64,000 bases of DNA from Candidatus Poribacteria bacterium (GTDB lineage: Bacteria > Poribacteria > WGA-4E > WGA-3G), in NCBI GenBank assembly GCA_965242965.1, contig OZ251518.1:2016001-2080000 (forward strand), written 5' to 3'. The notes under the pieces are model-generated. The model was not told where the DNA came from. It saw nothing but the letters and a program-made list of their open reading frames with translations, and did not search any database. Made by a program: the position numbers and the translations under genes. Below, piece after piece: positions 1-10,312 of the stretch. Each line of letters begins with the position of its first letter. Within the stretch, counting starts at the first letter, position 1.

Positions 1-20
1 AAAAAAGGAGGTAATTTTTC

Positions 21-1634
21 TTGGCAAACAAACGATTGACACACGGTGGCAACGCTGTGGCGTTTGTGGTGATTCTTTTCAGCATTCTCGCGTTGATTAA
101 CTTTCTATCAACGCGCCGTTTTATCCGCGCTGATCTCACCGAAGACAAACGCTATACCATCTCGGATGCTACCAAAAATGTGCTGAACACGCTAGACGAC
201 ATCGTCACCGTCACCGCTTACTTTTCGACGGAGCCTGCCGAGGTAGCGCAGATTCGTCGGAACGTCAGAGATGTGTTGGAGGAATATAACGCCTTCTCTA
301 AAAAACTCCAAATCGACTTCGTGAACCCCGCCGATTTTGACGACGCGAAAAAGCAGGAACTTCGGTTTAAAGGGATTCCTGAACTCCAGATTAATGTCGT
401 CAAAGAGGACAAAGCGGAAATCGCGAACGTCTATATGGGCATCGGCATCGGATACGGCGGCAAGGAGGAAGTCTTACCGGTTGTGCAATCCACAGCAAAT
501 TTGGAATACGAACTCACGTCCACTCTCCTGAAAGTGACGACGAAAGAGGCGAAGACGGTAGGATTTTTGACAGGACACGGCGAACTTGACATCAACGCGC
601 AAAATGCGCAGGAATTGCGCACCCTTTTGGATAAAAATGCCAAGGGACAATACAACATCACCACCGTAGCACTGCAAGATGGCAAACCTGTTGACGAAGC
701 CGTCGCAACGCTGGTTGTCGCCGGACCGCGGCGGGCGTTGGCGGAACGTGAAAAATATGAGTTGGACCAGTTTATCATGCGCGGCGGCCGGATAATCTTT
801 CTTGTCGATGCCGTTCAGTTCCAACCTAACACGTTACAGGCGACACCGCTCAGCACCGGCTTAAACGACATGCTAGCGCATTACGGTATCACACTGGGCA
901 ATAACCTGCTCGCTGACAGGCGGTTTCACGATTCAGCGCGATTCCAACAGGGGTTCATGACGGTTATTCAGCCGTATCCCTATTTTGTCAAAATTGTGAA
1001 CCAGAATTTCTCTACGGAACACACTGTCACGAATCAGTTAGAAGCGTTGACGTTGCCATGGACGAGTTCCGTAGACGTAGTCGCGAAGGAAGGAACTACG
1101 GCGACAACATTGGCGAAAACGAGCGAATTTGGGCAGAGCATGCAAGGGTATTACAACCTCATGCCTAATGCGCAGCTGCCACCGGGTGATATGCAGCCGT
1201 ATGCCGTTGCCGTGGCGGTGGAAGGAACGGTTCCCAGTTTCTACGCCGATAAAGAAATTCCGCCGGTTGCGGCGGTTGAAGGAGCGGAATCAGTTGAACC
1301 GACGAATCCCGATGAACGCGTCACGAAGCCGATGAGTGAACAGACGCAACTCGTTGTCGTTGGCACGGCGCAATTTCTATCACAGATGCGTCCGGACGGT
1401 ATCAACTTTTTCTTAAACACTGTTGACTGGCTGACGCTCGGCGATGCGCTCATCGGCATCCGTTCGCACGCTATCACCGAGCGGCCGCTCCGCGAGACAA
1501 CTGAACTAGAGAAAAACTTCTTCAAATACCTATCTATCGTCGGCATCCCGCTGCTGGTGGTTATCTTTGGGTTGCTGCGGTATTTCTTGAAAAGGAGGGC
1601 AAAACGGATGGTAGAAACCTACGGTGCTGTGTAG
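21..1634 (+). CDS. GldG-family ABC-type auxiliary membrane protein
   Basis: N-terminal TM, DLTEDKRYTIS motif, VGFLTGHGE, FFLNTVDWL, C-terminal TM; AGGAGG upstream of TTG start. Confidence 0.85.
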   Translation: MANKRLTHGGNAVAFVVILFSILALINFLSTRRFIRADLTEDKRYTISDATKNVLNTLDDIVTVTAYFSTEPAEVAQIRRNVRDVLEEYNAFSKKLQIDFVNPADFDDAKKQELRFKGIPELQINVVKEDKAEIANVYMGIGIGYGGKEEVLPVVQSTANLEYELTSTLLKVTTKEAKTVGFLTGHGELDINAQNAQELRTLLDKNAKGQYNITTVALQDGKPVDEAVATLVVAGPRRALAEREKYELDQFIMRGGRIIFLVDAVQFQPNTLQATPLSTGLNDMLAHYGITLGNNLLADRRFHDSARFQQGFMTVIQPYPYFVKIVNQNFSTEHTVTNQLEALTLPWTSSVDVVAKEGTTATTLAKTSEFGQSMQGYYNLMPNAQLPPGDMQPYAVAVAVEGTVPSFYADKEIPPVAAVEGAESVEPTNPDERVTKPMSEQTQLVVVGTAQFLSQMRPDGINFFLNTVDWLTLGDALIGIRSHAITERPLRETTELEKNFFKYLSIVGIPLLVVIFGLLRYFLKRRAKRMVETYGAV

Positions 1635-1707
1635 GTTTTCTGTATGGCGCAAAGCGTTCCGCAGTTGAACAACGCATTGCGAACGACAACATCCGAAAGA
1701 TAAACCG

Positions 1708-2691
1708 ATGAAGACAAAACAACTTCTGATTTTAGGCGGCGTTTTTGTTGTCTTGGCCCTCGTCGTCCTGCTCTTTGAGAATCCGTTTGGACAAAGCGAG
1801 TATGAAAAAAAGGTTCAGACAGCAATGCCGCTGTTCCCGAATTTTGATAAGGAACAGGTAACGGGAGTAGAAATCATCACTGCCGGTGAGACGACAACGC
1901 TTGCAAAACAAGATGGGAAGTGGGTAGTCACCTCGCTGGACAGTTACCCTGCCGATGCCGAAGGCGTTGAGGAATTGCTGACAAAGGTGAGCGAATTTAA
2001 GAATACGCAGCGCGTCTCCTCAAACCCCGAAAAGCAGGTGGAGTTTGAGGTGGATAGCACCACCGGCGTTGAGGTGAAACTGATGGACGCGAACGACACG
2101 CTGTTAGCACACCTGTTCGTGGGAAAAACGACACCCGGCTTTCTGAGCAGTTACGTGCGCGCTGCCGATACGAACGATGTCTACGTCGCGCAAGGGTATC
2201 TCAAATCGGTATTTGACAAAGGGGAGCGAACGTGGAAGGACAGGACGATTTTCGATTTCAACGAGGGCATCGTCACGCAGGTTAACATCACGTCGCCGGA
2301 GGAAACGGTGGAACTTCGGCTAGATGCGGAAGGCACGTGGCAGATGCTCCAACCGGAAGCATCTGCTGTCAAACAAGCAGAAGTGGATAGCCTGCTGGCG
2401 ACCTTCAGCCAGTTGGATACCGACGATTTCGCTGAGCCGAAAGAGCTCGCCGAATACGAGTTAGCATCGCCGCACTCTTCCATATCGGCGACATTGAACG
2501 ATGGGACTACGGCGACGTTACTCATCGGCAAAGAGGAAGAGGGTAAACTTTACGTCAAGCGCGCTGATGGGGATACCGTTTTCAGGCTCTTCAAATCGAA
2601 CGTAGATAGACTGATTCAGAAAGCTGAGACGCTTAAGGAAGAGGCCGCACCGCCTACCGAGGCAGAGGAGGAGGTAACGCCGACGGAATAA
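1708..2691 (+). CDS. DUF4340 domain protein
   Basis: N-terminal TM anchor, two repeated beta-rich units (W..., L.VG..., YVR/YVK); usual neighbour of GldG. Confidence 0.8.
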   Translation: MKTKQLLILGGVFVVLALVVLLFENPFGQSEYEKKVQTAMPLFPNFDKEQVTGVEIITAGETTTLAKQDGKWVVTSLDSYPADAEGVEELLTKVSEFKNTQRVSSNPEKQVEFEVDSTTGVEVKLMDANDTLLAHLFVGKTTPGFLSSYVRAADTNDVYVAQGYLKSVFDKGERTWKDRTIFDFNEGIVTQVNITSPEETVELRLDAEGTWQMLQPEASAVKQAEVDSLLATFSQLDTDDFAEPKELAEYELASPHSSISATLNDGTTATLLIGKEEEGKLYVKRADGDTVFRLFKSNVDRLIQKAETLKEEAAPPTEAEEEVTPTE

Positions 2692-2764
2692 GCGCGCTCC
2701 CAACTCTAGAAGCGGGGGACTGTCCCCCGCCATCTCTCAACTATTGACATAGGAGGCATTCATC

Positions 2765-3370
2765 ATGCCGTATAGCAGTTTTACCCTGGAATCAGTGCTA
2801 CAGGCGTTTCCGCTTGAAAAGGTGAATGTTCAAGGGCTGTTTTCTGCAATTGAACCGATAGAGCCGAGTGCTCTTTTGACGACAACGTTGGCGCGGAACG
2901 TGCCGTTAGCCGCTTCAATTGACACTGAGAAGGCAAAGTCTGAGATGATTGTCGCCCAGGTGCTTGTTGAACTCCGTGAGCAGTTAGAACGGCGTATCAG
3001 TCTTTTTTCGGGTGTTGACTTCAATGTGGATAGCGACAGCGACTTGACAGGGGTATGCGACTTTTTAATCAGTTTATCGCCTTGGCAGCGTTTCGTAGAG
3101 GCCCCTGTCATCACGCTCGTTGAGGCAAAAAACGACAACTTGATAAACGGTTTGGGGCAGTGTGTTGCGGAGATGGTGGCGGCGCAACGCTTTAACGCGG
3201 AGAAGGGGAACGACATCCCTTGCGTGTACGGTGCCTCGACGACAGGCGTGATGTGGCAGTTTCTCAAATTAGAGGGAAAGCAACTCCACGTGGATATGAG
3301 CGTCTACCAAATCGCGGAGTGTCACAGAATTCTCGGTATCCTCGCCAGCATGGTGGCGCAGAAGGCGTGA
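2765..3370 (+). CDS. PD-(D/E)XK-like hypothetical protein, tandem paralog 1
   Basis: 201 aa; GVCD...VEAK...GLGQCVAEMVAAQ; AGGAGG RBS. Confidence 0.7.
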   Translation: MPYSSFTLESVLQAFPLEKVNVQGLFSAIEPIEPSALLTTTLARNVPLAASIDTEKAKSEMIVAQVLVELREQLERRISLFSGVDFNVDSDSDLTGVCDFLISLSPWQRFVEAPVITLVEAKNDNLINGLGQCVAEMVAAQRFNAEKGNDIPCVYGASTTGVMWQFLKLEGKQLHVDMSVYQIAECHRILGILASMVAQKA

Positions 3371-3407
3371 GAAGCCACAAGAATGACGGTAGCGGAGGGT
3401 TTTCAAC

Positions 3408-4013
3408 ATGCCGTATAGCAGTTTTACCTTGGAATCAGTGCTACAGGCGTTTCACCTTGAAAAGGTGGATGTTCAAGGGCTGTTTTCTGCAATTGAACCG
3501 ATAGAGCCGAGTGCCCTTCTCACTGCAGTGCTGGAGCGCAATCTGCCGTTAGCGGTGAGACTCGCCACCGAAAAAGCGAAGTCCGAACTGATTGTCGCCC
3601 CGGTGCTTGTTGAGCTCCGCGAGCAGTTAGAGCGGCGTATCAGTCTCTTTTCGGGAATTGACTTCAACGTTGATGACAAAGCAGAACTCGGCGGCGTATG
3701 CGATTTTTTGATAAGTTTATCCCCTTGGCAAGCGTTTGTAGAGGCACCTGTCATCGTTCTCGTTGAGGCGAAGAACGATAAAATTGAGAGCGGGTTTGGA
3801 CAATGCGTTGCGGAGATGGTGGCGGCGCAACGCTTTAACGCGGAAAAAGGGAACGCCATTCCGCGCGTATACGGTGTCACGACGACAGGCGTGATGTGGC
3901 AGTTCCTTAAATTAGAGGGACAGACACTTCACATGGATATGGATGTCCACACGATTGAGCGATGCGATAAACTCCTCGGTATCCTCGCCAGCATGGTGGC
4001 GCAGAAGGCGTGA
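3408..4013 (+). CDS. PD-(D/E)XK-like hypothetical protein, tandem paralog 2
   Basis: 201 aa, same motifs, GGAGG RBS. Confidence 0.7.
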   Translation: MPYSSFTLESVLQAFHLEKVDVQGLFSAIEPIEPSALLTAVLERNLPLAVRLATEKAKSELIVAPVLVELREQLERRISLFSGIDFNVDDKAELGGVCDFLISLSPWQAFVEAPVIVLVEAKNDKIESGFGQCVAEMVAAQRFNAEKGNAIPRVYGVTTTGVMWQFLKLEGQTLHMDMDVHTIERCDKLLGILASMVAQKA

Positions 4014-4040
4014 TGCACACTACATAGGCGGTTTTTCATC

Positions 4041-4646
4041 ATGGCATACAGTAACTTTACCTTAGCGATGGTGCGGCAAGCGTTTAACTTACAAACAGTT
4101 CAGTCTATCGGACTTTTTTCTGAAACAGAGCCGGTGGAACCGAGTGAAACCCTCACCAGGGCTCTGGCAAAAAAGGCACCATTGGCTATCGCGATTGCCA
4201 CCGAGAAAGCGAAGTCCGAGTTGATTGTCTCCGAGGTATTGTTTGAGCTCCGTGAGCACTTTGAACAGCGCATCAGTCTTTTTTCGGGGATTGATTTTAC
4301 CGTGGATGCCGCTGCCAAACTCACCGGCATCTGCGATTTTTTAGTGAGTCTGTCCCCAGAACAGTTTGAGTTGGAAGCCCCCATCATCGTTCTTGTGGAG
4401 GCAAAAAATGACGCGCTGACAAGTGGGTTGGGGCAGTGCGTTGCGGAGATGGTGGCGGCGCAACGCTTTAATGCCGAACACGGGAATGACATCCCGTGTG
4501 TCTATGGGGCCACTACGTCAGGGATGGATTGGCTTTTCCTGAAATTGGAAGGACAGCAGCTCTCCATTGACATGAGTGCCTATACGATTGAGCGATGCGA
4601 CAGGATACTGGGTATTCTCGCGAGTATGGTGCAACAACAGGCGTGA
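4041..4646 (+). CDS. PD-(D/E)XK-like hypothetical protein, tandem paralog 3
   Basis: 201 aa, same motifs, more divergent. Confidence 0.7.
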   Translation: MAYSNFTLAMVRQAFNLQTVQSIGLFSETEPVEPSETLTRALAKKAPLAIAIATEKAKSELIVSEVLFELREHFEQRISLFSGIDFTVDAAAKLTGICDFLVSLSPEQFELEAPIIVLVEAKNDALTSGLGQCVAEMVAAQRFNAEHGNDIPCVYGATTSGMDWLFLKLEGQQLSIDMSAYTIERCDRILGILASMVQQQA

Positions 4647-4685
4647 GACAACCGTGAGAAAACGCGGCGCGCTACCAAAGCGTGC

Positions 4686-5912
4686 CTACGGAGCCTGAAC
4701 GGGCACATCGCTATTTCGGTATACCAGAAGAATCGCGAGCGCAATCAATGTCCCGATAACTCCCACCGGCCAGAATCCTCCAACCACATCAACCAGCCAA
4801 CCGAGAGAGGGCGCGAGGACAATCGTCGCAAGCGATTTTGCCTGTGCCTCAATAGAAAGCACCGTCGCGCTCATCTCCGGTGTGGACTGCGCGTTAAAAC
4901 GGCTTATCAATCCGGGCCGCCAGAAATTCTGGAGGATAGCCAAGCCAACGAAAAGTGCAATGATGGCGGGATACGTGTTAAACCACAATGCTGGAATTAA
5001 GAGCGCGTAGAGCCCGAGGTTTACCCACCACAGCACTCGCGCTGCGCCTTCATCGCTGCCTCGCCATTCCGTGACTTTGTGCGAATTCCGGGAGGCGAAG
5101 GAGGAGAGGAAATAAAGCGCGAAATAAACGCCAGCCACTAACAACGCCGCCCGCTTCGATTCATCAAGCATTAAGAGCAGCGGCATCGCGATAGCAGTCT
5201 GTTTGAGAATCGGTTGGAGATAGTCCTTGCTCGCTTTGAACATCCCCTCGAATCCCATCCCTTCAAAAACCAATCGGCGCAAAGGTGGAAATTGAACTGA
5301 TAGTTTCAATGCCTTACCGAGTAACGCGGTGACTGTTTTGAGGGAGAACTCGCTTTTCCTGTCGCCATCTAACGCTGCCGGGTAACCGAAGAAGTTGACG
5401 ATGTTGAACGCGTAAGGAACGATTGAAAACCAGAAGATGTCGGTGAAGTTGCCGCGATAGAAAACGAGGGCACCAGCGATGAGGACAGAAACCGCCGAAC
5501 CCATCTGTGACCAGGAGCGAGTATAGCCGTATATTTTCGTCTTTTCGTCCGCTCTTCCCTGTTGCCGCAGCCAGTCGAATATCATCGCCTTGTGTGTGCC
5601 GCTTCGGAACGCGTCCCCTAAACCGAAGAAGAACATCCCGCCGAAAAGCAGGAAGAGTGCCTCGCTCATCGCGAATGTCGCGAAGGATGCGATATAGGCG
5701 ACGAACGAAAATATCATCGCGCGGCGGCGGCCGTAAAGATCTGCCACCGCACCAGAGGGAATCTCAAAAAGATTGGTGCAGATTTCCCGAAACCCGATGA
5801 GGATGCCTATCTGAAAGAAAGAGAGCCCTTTCTCCCGAAATGCTAAAATCAGGAACGCATCGTAGTAGCGTTGATTTTTCAGGAAGCCGTAGAGTGAAAA
5901 ACGAAATAGCAT
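4686..5912 (-). CDS. MFS transporter
   Basis: EIPSGAVADLYGRR MFS motif A; many hydrophobic helices. Confidence 0.9.
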   Translation of the reverse strand: MLFRFSLYGFLKNQRYYDAFLILAFREKGLSFFQIGILIGFREICTNLFEIPSGAVADLYGRRRAMIFSFVAYIASFATFAMSEALFLLFGGMFFFGLGDAFRSGTHKAMIFDWLRQQGRADEKTKIYGYTRSWSQMGSAVSVLIAGALVFYRGNFTDIFWFSIVPYAFNIVNFFGYPAALDGDRKSEFSLKTVTALLGKALKLSVQFPPLRRLVFEGMGFEGMFKASKDYLQPILKQTAIAMPLLLMLDESKRAALLVAGVYFALYFLSSFASRNSHKVTEWRGSDEGAARVLWWVNLGLYALLIPALWFNTYPAIIALFVGLAILQNFWRPGLISRFNAQSTPEMSATVLSIEAQAKSLATIVLAPSLGWLVDVVGGFWPVGVIGTLIALAILLVYRNSDVPVQAP

Positions 5913-5961
5913 AGGAACGCGCCTTTATCGGTAGACGTGCGCTTCGCCGTTGTCTTATGGC

Positions 5962-6630
5962 TCAGCGTTTCACCGCGACAGAAATGCCATCGCGAAGCGG
6001 AATAATCGTCGTGAACACATCGGGCGAACTGTAAAGTAGCCGCGTTAATTCTTTGACACCGCGCGTGGCTTCGTGCAGCCACTGCTCGTCTTCCGGCGCA
6101 ACTTCGGGAACGTTCTGAACGACGCGCCCCATCCACAGCATGTTGTCCGTGATAAACAATCCGCCGCTCTTAAGCCGGGGAATCGCCTTGCGGAAGGCTT
6201 CGGAATACCCGTCTTTGTCGATGTCGTTGTAGATGATGTCAAATTCCCCTTCGGTTTCGTCAATGATGTCAAGCGCGTTGCCGACGCGGTAATCAATGCG
6301 TTCCGCTATGCCGCCGCGCGCGAGATACGCCGCTGCCTGCTCAGCGTTCTCCTGTGAACCGTCGGTGCAGATAATTGAAGCGTCTGGTTCACGCAACGCC
6401 TTCGCCATCCAATACGCGGAATAGCCGAACCCAGAGCCCATCTCGAAAATACGCTTCGGGTTCGTCAGTAGCACCAATTGATGCAACACGCGTCCGACGA
6501 GCGGCCCTACGATTGGGAATCGACGTTCCCGTGCGTATGCCTCCATTTCCGTTAGCACCGCGTCGCGTTCGGGGATAGTGTCAAGTAGGTATTCGTTAAT
6601 CGATGGATGCAGGATATCTAAACGTTCCAT
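5962..6630 (-). CDS. O-methyltransferase (Methyltransf_3 type)
   Basis: EMGSGFGYSA, FDIIYNDIDK..Y, DNMLWMG, PLRDGI. Confidence 0.9.
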   Translation of the reverse strand: MERLDILHPSINEYLLDTIPERDAVLTEMEAYARERRFPIVGPLVGRVLHQLVLLTNPKRIFEMGSGFGYSAYWMAKALREPDASIICTDGSQENAEQAAAYLARGGIAERIDYRVGNALDIIDETEGEFDIIYNDIDKDGYSEAFRKAIPRLKSGGLFITDNMLWMGRVVQNVPEVAPEDEQWLHEATRGVKELTRLLYSSPDVFTTIIPLRDGISVAVKR

Positions 6631-6786
6631 AGTGTCTCCGCGTCTGTCTATCTGTCTTGATTTATCGTTAAAAGGCGCGCCATTGATGATATGTCAGAAT
6701 CACGATGCGCCTGTCGACGGTGTTCTACGTGAACTCTGTGCCTATCATAACACAGTCGCGAAATTTGTGCAATACCAAATTAGATT

Positions 6787-7200
6787 GAGGGTGTTTCATA
6801 AATCCCTGTCGGCGAGACCTCCCGGTCTCGATGCAATAGGGCGGCAGAAACCCCCCCTTCATCGTAGGGCGAGGGCCTGTCCCTCGCCATGCTTGATTGC
6901 CCCTTTCACCGTAGGGCGAGGGCCTGTCCCTCGCCATGCTTGATTGCCCCTTTCACCGTAGGGCGAGGGCCTGTCCCTCGCCATGCACCGGTCTGAGCAG
7001 CAAACATCCGTGGTCTCTGGGCTGCGGGAGGTTTCCGCAGCGGTGGAGAGATCGCGGGGGACAGGCCCCCGCGCTACGGGAACAACTCAGAAAGCGTCCC
7101 CGTTCACCGTAGGGCGGTGGGAAAACCTGTCCCTCGCCATCGTCCGCGCACTCCAACGATCGCGGGGGACAGGCCCCCGCGCTACGGGAACATCGAGACC
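6787..7200. repeat. Mosaic REP-like palindrome array beginning with end motif GAGGGTGTTTCATAAAT
   Basis: Tandem GTAGGGCGAGGGCCTGTCCCTCGCC and inverted CGCGGGGGACAGGCCCCCGCGCTAC units. Confidence 0.9.
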
Positions 7201-7284
7201 AGGTGAGGTTGTGAAAGGAGATGAAGGGAAAGGAGACAGGACGAGGGAAAAATCTTCCCTCGCCGTGCGAAACGCGAGGTGTTT

Positions 7285-8295
7285 CTATCCCGCAAGCAAT
7301 TCTTCATGATACGCAAAGATTGCAGGCGTGCCGCCCGTGTGCAGGAAGATAACCGTTTCATCAGCACCGATGCGTCCCTCTCGGATATGCTCAATCAGGC
7401 ACGCCATCGCCTTCGCAGTGTAAACCGGATCGAGGAAGATACCCTCGGTGTTGGCAACCAACTTGAGTGCCGCAATGCACTCTGGCGTGAGATACCCGTA
7501 TGCATCGCCGATGTAGTCGTCCGTATTCTGGATATCGGCGTGGGAGATTCGCGTGTCAAGTCCTAGCAGTTCCGCCGCGGTGTTGGCGGCACTGCTCATC
7601 CGTTCAAGTTTACCTTCCCATTGAATCGGCGCGCAACCGAACGGCTTCAGTTTCATGCCGAGTGCCTGGGTGCCAAGCACCAACCCGGCTTGCGTACCGC
7701 CGACAGATGAGGTGTAAATCCTGTCCGCGTCAATGCCCAGGCGTTCCTGCTGTTCCTGAATTTCGGCGATGCACCACGCGAACGCGACCGCGGCGAGAGC
7801 CGTGGAGCGCGGCGATGCAACGACGTAAGGCTTCAACCCTTGCAACCGCAATTCATCGGCGAGCGCAAATTTCAGTGCATCTAATTCAGGGCCGAAGGGG
7901 ACATCAACGACTTCCACATCCGCGCCTGCGAGCCGGTCCAACAATAAATTTCCTTGTGGGATACTCTTGTGGTCGCGGGCGAGTCGCAGGTAGCAGTTGA
8001 GTCCCAGTTTTCCGCAAGCCGCGGCGGTTTGGCGGCAGTGGTTTGATTGTGAGGCAGCACCGTGCACAATCGTATCCGCGCCTTGGTGGACACCGTCGCC
8101 AATCGTGAAGGTAAGTTGACGGACTTTGTTGCCGCCAAACGCCAAACCGGAGCAATCTTCCCGCTTCATGAAAATGCGCGGGCCGCCGAGTGCTTCGGCG
8201 AGGCGCGGGCATTCCTCAAGCGGTGTTGGAAAATGCCCGATATCCACCTGCGGCAGCCGCGCGATTGCCGAAATGAGTTGTTCCCGAATCTTCAT
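7285..8295 (-). CDS. D-cysteine desulfhydrase / ACC deaminase family PLP enzyme
   Basis: PTPLE, KREDCSGLAFGGNKVR, QSNH, LDPVYTAKA, FLHTGG; start reassigned to ATG 8295. Confidence 0.9.
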   Translation of the reverse strand: MKIREQLISAIARLPQVDIGHFPTPLEECPRLAEALGGPRIFMKREDCSGLAFGGNKVRQLTFTIGDGVHQGADTIVHGAASQSNHCRQTAAACGKLGLNCYLRLARDHKSIPQGNLLLDRLAGADVEVVDVPFGPELDALKFALADELRLQGLKPYVVASPRSTALAAVAFAWCIAEIQEQQERLGIDADRIYTSSVGGTQAGLVLGTQALGMKLKPFGCAPIQWEGKLERMSSAANTAAELLGLDTRISHADIQNTDDYIGDAYGYLTPECIAALKLVANTEGIFLDPVYTAKAMACLIEHIREGRIGADETVIFLHTGGTPAIFAYHEELLAG

Positions 8296-8370
8296 TTTTG
8301 TTGTTCCTAGCGGTAGGGTAGCGTGTGTCCTTATCAGGCAGACAAGACGTTGCATTGTCGGCATTTGAGG

Positions 8371-8464
8371 GATGCCAGTTTTGCCAACGTCAAGCCGGCT
8401 TCCATCTGTAGGTTGCGCTCGCCTGAGCGCAACAAGATGCCAGTTTTGCCAACGTCAAGCCGGC
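8371..8464. repeat. 29-bp perfect direct repeat flanking a single GTAG hairpin
   Basis: GATGCCAGTTTTGCCAACGTCAAGCCGGC at 8371-8399 and 8436-8464. Confidence 0.9.
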
Positions 8465-8526
8465 CTGGTAAGAGAACGTGCTTATCAAAAGCAGCGTTGA
8501 ACACCACATGGCGAGAGACAAAAATC

Positions 8527-10062
8527 CTATTGGCTCTGAATCACGACGGCTGCTTGGACGACGCGTTGTCCATCCTTGGATTGCAACCCCGGCGTGATGA
8601 CTTCAATGATGGTGCCGGTTTCAAACTCGCTGGCGCGCGCGCCTTTGAGTTTGTGGTGCCGGCTTGACACCTTCGTCACCCCAGTCTCAATCGGCATCAC
8701 TTCGTAATCCATGAGTTCGAGGAACCAGTTGAGTCGCTTCGGCATCGGTTCTGGATGCGTGCTTTTCGCAACGTTCAGGAACAGGACATCCCGCACGAAT
8801 TCAACGAGGAACTTCTTGAAAGGGAGCATCTCCACCTTTGCGGCGTGCTTTTTCTCGAGGTTCGCGAGTTTCTTCGTGAAATTCTGGATGTATCCGTTGC
8901 ATTCGTTGCGGATTTTCTCTAAGTCGCGCTCATTATCGGCGATAGGACCGGCGGCGAAGACTGTGGGTGAAGGGACAGATGCGCCGCGCGTCTGCTTGAG
9001 CGTCTGCTTGAGCGTCGCTTCGATATCGGCGAGCGTTTCAACGAGTGCTTCCTGCTTCGCTTCCTCCCGCCAAGCGGCGATTTCGTTCACCATCAGGTTG
9101 AGGAGAAACACCGCGGTTTCTTCTTGGCTGAGCGTCTCGGCATCCCAATTTTCCAGCACGAGCCCGCAGCCATCTTCATAATCCTTCTCCAGTTTCGCAA
9201 TCCTGTCGTGGAGTTCGTTCTGAACGCGCTCCCCTTCTTCCCGATAGTGTGCCTTGTTCCGCCGGGCACCGGTGGGGAGTCTTAGCGCGTGGGCGAGGTT
9301 TCCGAAAACACCACCCTTTTGCACCGGTGTAGCCGATGCTGTTCCGCCGATGTTGATGGCTGCGCGCGCCTTCTTCCGTGCCGCGACGGCACTCGGCGGC
9401 AGAGACGGAATGGTAATCTGGAACCCAAAATTCGTTTCCGGCAGTGCGTCCAACCGATTCATGATGGCAGGCTTTGTGGGCAGTGCATCGTCAGCAGCGG
9501 GCGGCAGGCTTTGCGGTGCGGGCGGCAAAACCGCCTTGACAGGTTGTGCTGCCGGTTCACTCTCCGGTGCGTCTTCGGCTGCCGGTTCATTCTCGACAAG
9601 CGTTTCGGCTGCCGATACCGGTCGCGCTTCTTCCTCTTCGGCAGTGATTTCAGGCGATGCATCCTCATCCTGCGGCACCTCGGCGAGGTGTGATTCTTCC
9701 TCTTCCCCGGCTGCCTGGTCTGCAGCAAGCGTTTCTGCCGGTTCCGGCATTTCGCTTTTGAGACGTTCCAATTCTTCGACGATCTTCTCGATGTGCGTCG
9801 AGATAGGTTCGTAGTTATCGACGAAAAAGGTCAGGCGGTACGCCTGCATTACGTCTGTAGGCATAACGGCGGATTGCTTCTCATCGGCGAGGTTAAAATC
9901 GGTCCAATTGGCGCGTCCGCTGATAGGCAGCCGTTGATACATGACGCGCACGCGCCGCTCATGTTCTGCCAGGTTTTCCAGATTCATCAGGATTCGCTGC
10001 CCATTGGTACTGAAGGATACCTCGATGTCTCGAAAACGACCGGTTATGCTGTTTGTGGCCAT
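8527..10062 (-). CDS. Hypothetical protein with acidic/Pro-rich linker and C-terminal GrpE-like domain
   Basis: C-terminus GTIIEVITPGLQSKDGQRVVQAAVV resembles the GrpE beta-domain; AGGAGA RBS before ATG 10062. Confidence 0.55.
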   Translation of the reverse strand: MATNSITGRFRDIEVSFSTNGQRILMNLENLAEHERRVRVMYQRLPISGRANWTDFNLADEKQSAVMPTDVMQAYRLTFFVDNYEPISTHIEKIVEELERLKSEMPEPAETLAADQAAGEEEESHLAEVPQDEDASPEITAEEEEARPVSAAETLVENEPAAEDAPESEPAAQPVKAVLPPAPQSLPPAADDALPTKPAIMNRLDALPETNFGFQITIPSLPPSAVAARKKARAAINIGGTASATPVQKGGVFGNLAHALRLPTGARRNKAHYREEGERVQNELHDRIAKLEKDYEDGCGLVLENWDAETLSQEETAVFLLNLMVNEIAAWREEAKQEALVETLADIEATLKQTLKQTRGASVPSPTVFAAGPIADNERDLEKIRNECNGYIQNFTKKLANLEKKHAAKVEMLPFKKFLVEFVRDVLFLNVAKSTHPEPMPKRLNWFLELMDYEVMPIETGVTKVSSRHHKLKGARASEFETGTIIEVITPGLQSKDGQRVVQAAVVIQSQ

Positions 10063-10312
10063 GTTATGTTCTCCTATAAACATTTTGGGTTGTTCCTAGC
10101 GGTGGTATGCAAGTGAGGACAACTTCCTCACCGCCTGCACAGCCTAGTCGCCGCGAAACAACGCATTACAAAAGACAAAAAGTCTCTGTCCTGATTAAAT
10201 AGAAAAACGTTTTTTGTAGATTTAGGTTACAAAACTGACATAGCCATTTGATTTTTCGCCTGTGTTGATGCTCTGAAACTCCCTCATAAACGGTGAAAAA
10301 ATGGAGAATTGC

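Noticed and set aside
2700-4680. Integron cassette array
   Set aside because: Intergenic gaps of about 27-37 bp lack attC structure and there is no integrase
6578-7394. ORFs with RGPVPR / RARACPSP / GTGPR peptides here and at 10.2, 37.3-38.3, 41.5-42.2, 43.1, 46.3, 49.8, 51.1 and 62.2 kb
   Set aside because: They are translations of REP arrays with no RBS or domain signature
8371-8464. Minimal CRISPR (29-bp repeat, 36-bp spacer)
   Set aside because: Only two repeats, the spacer is a REP hairpin, and there is no leader or cas gene
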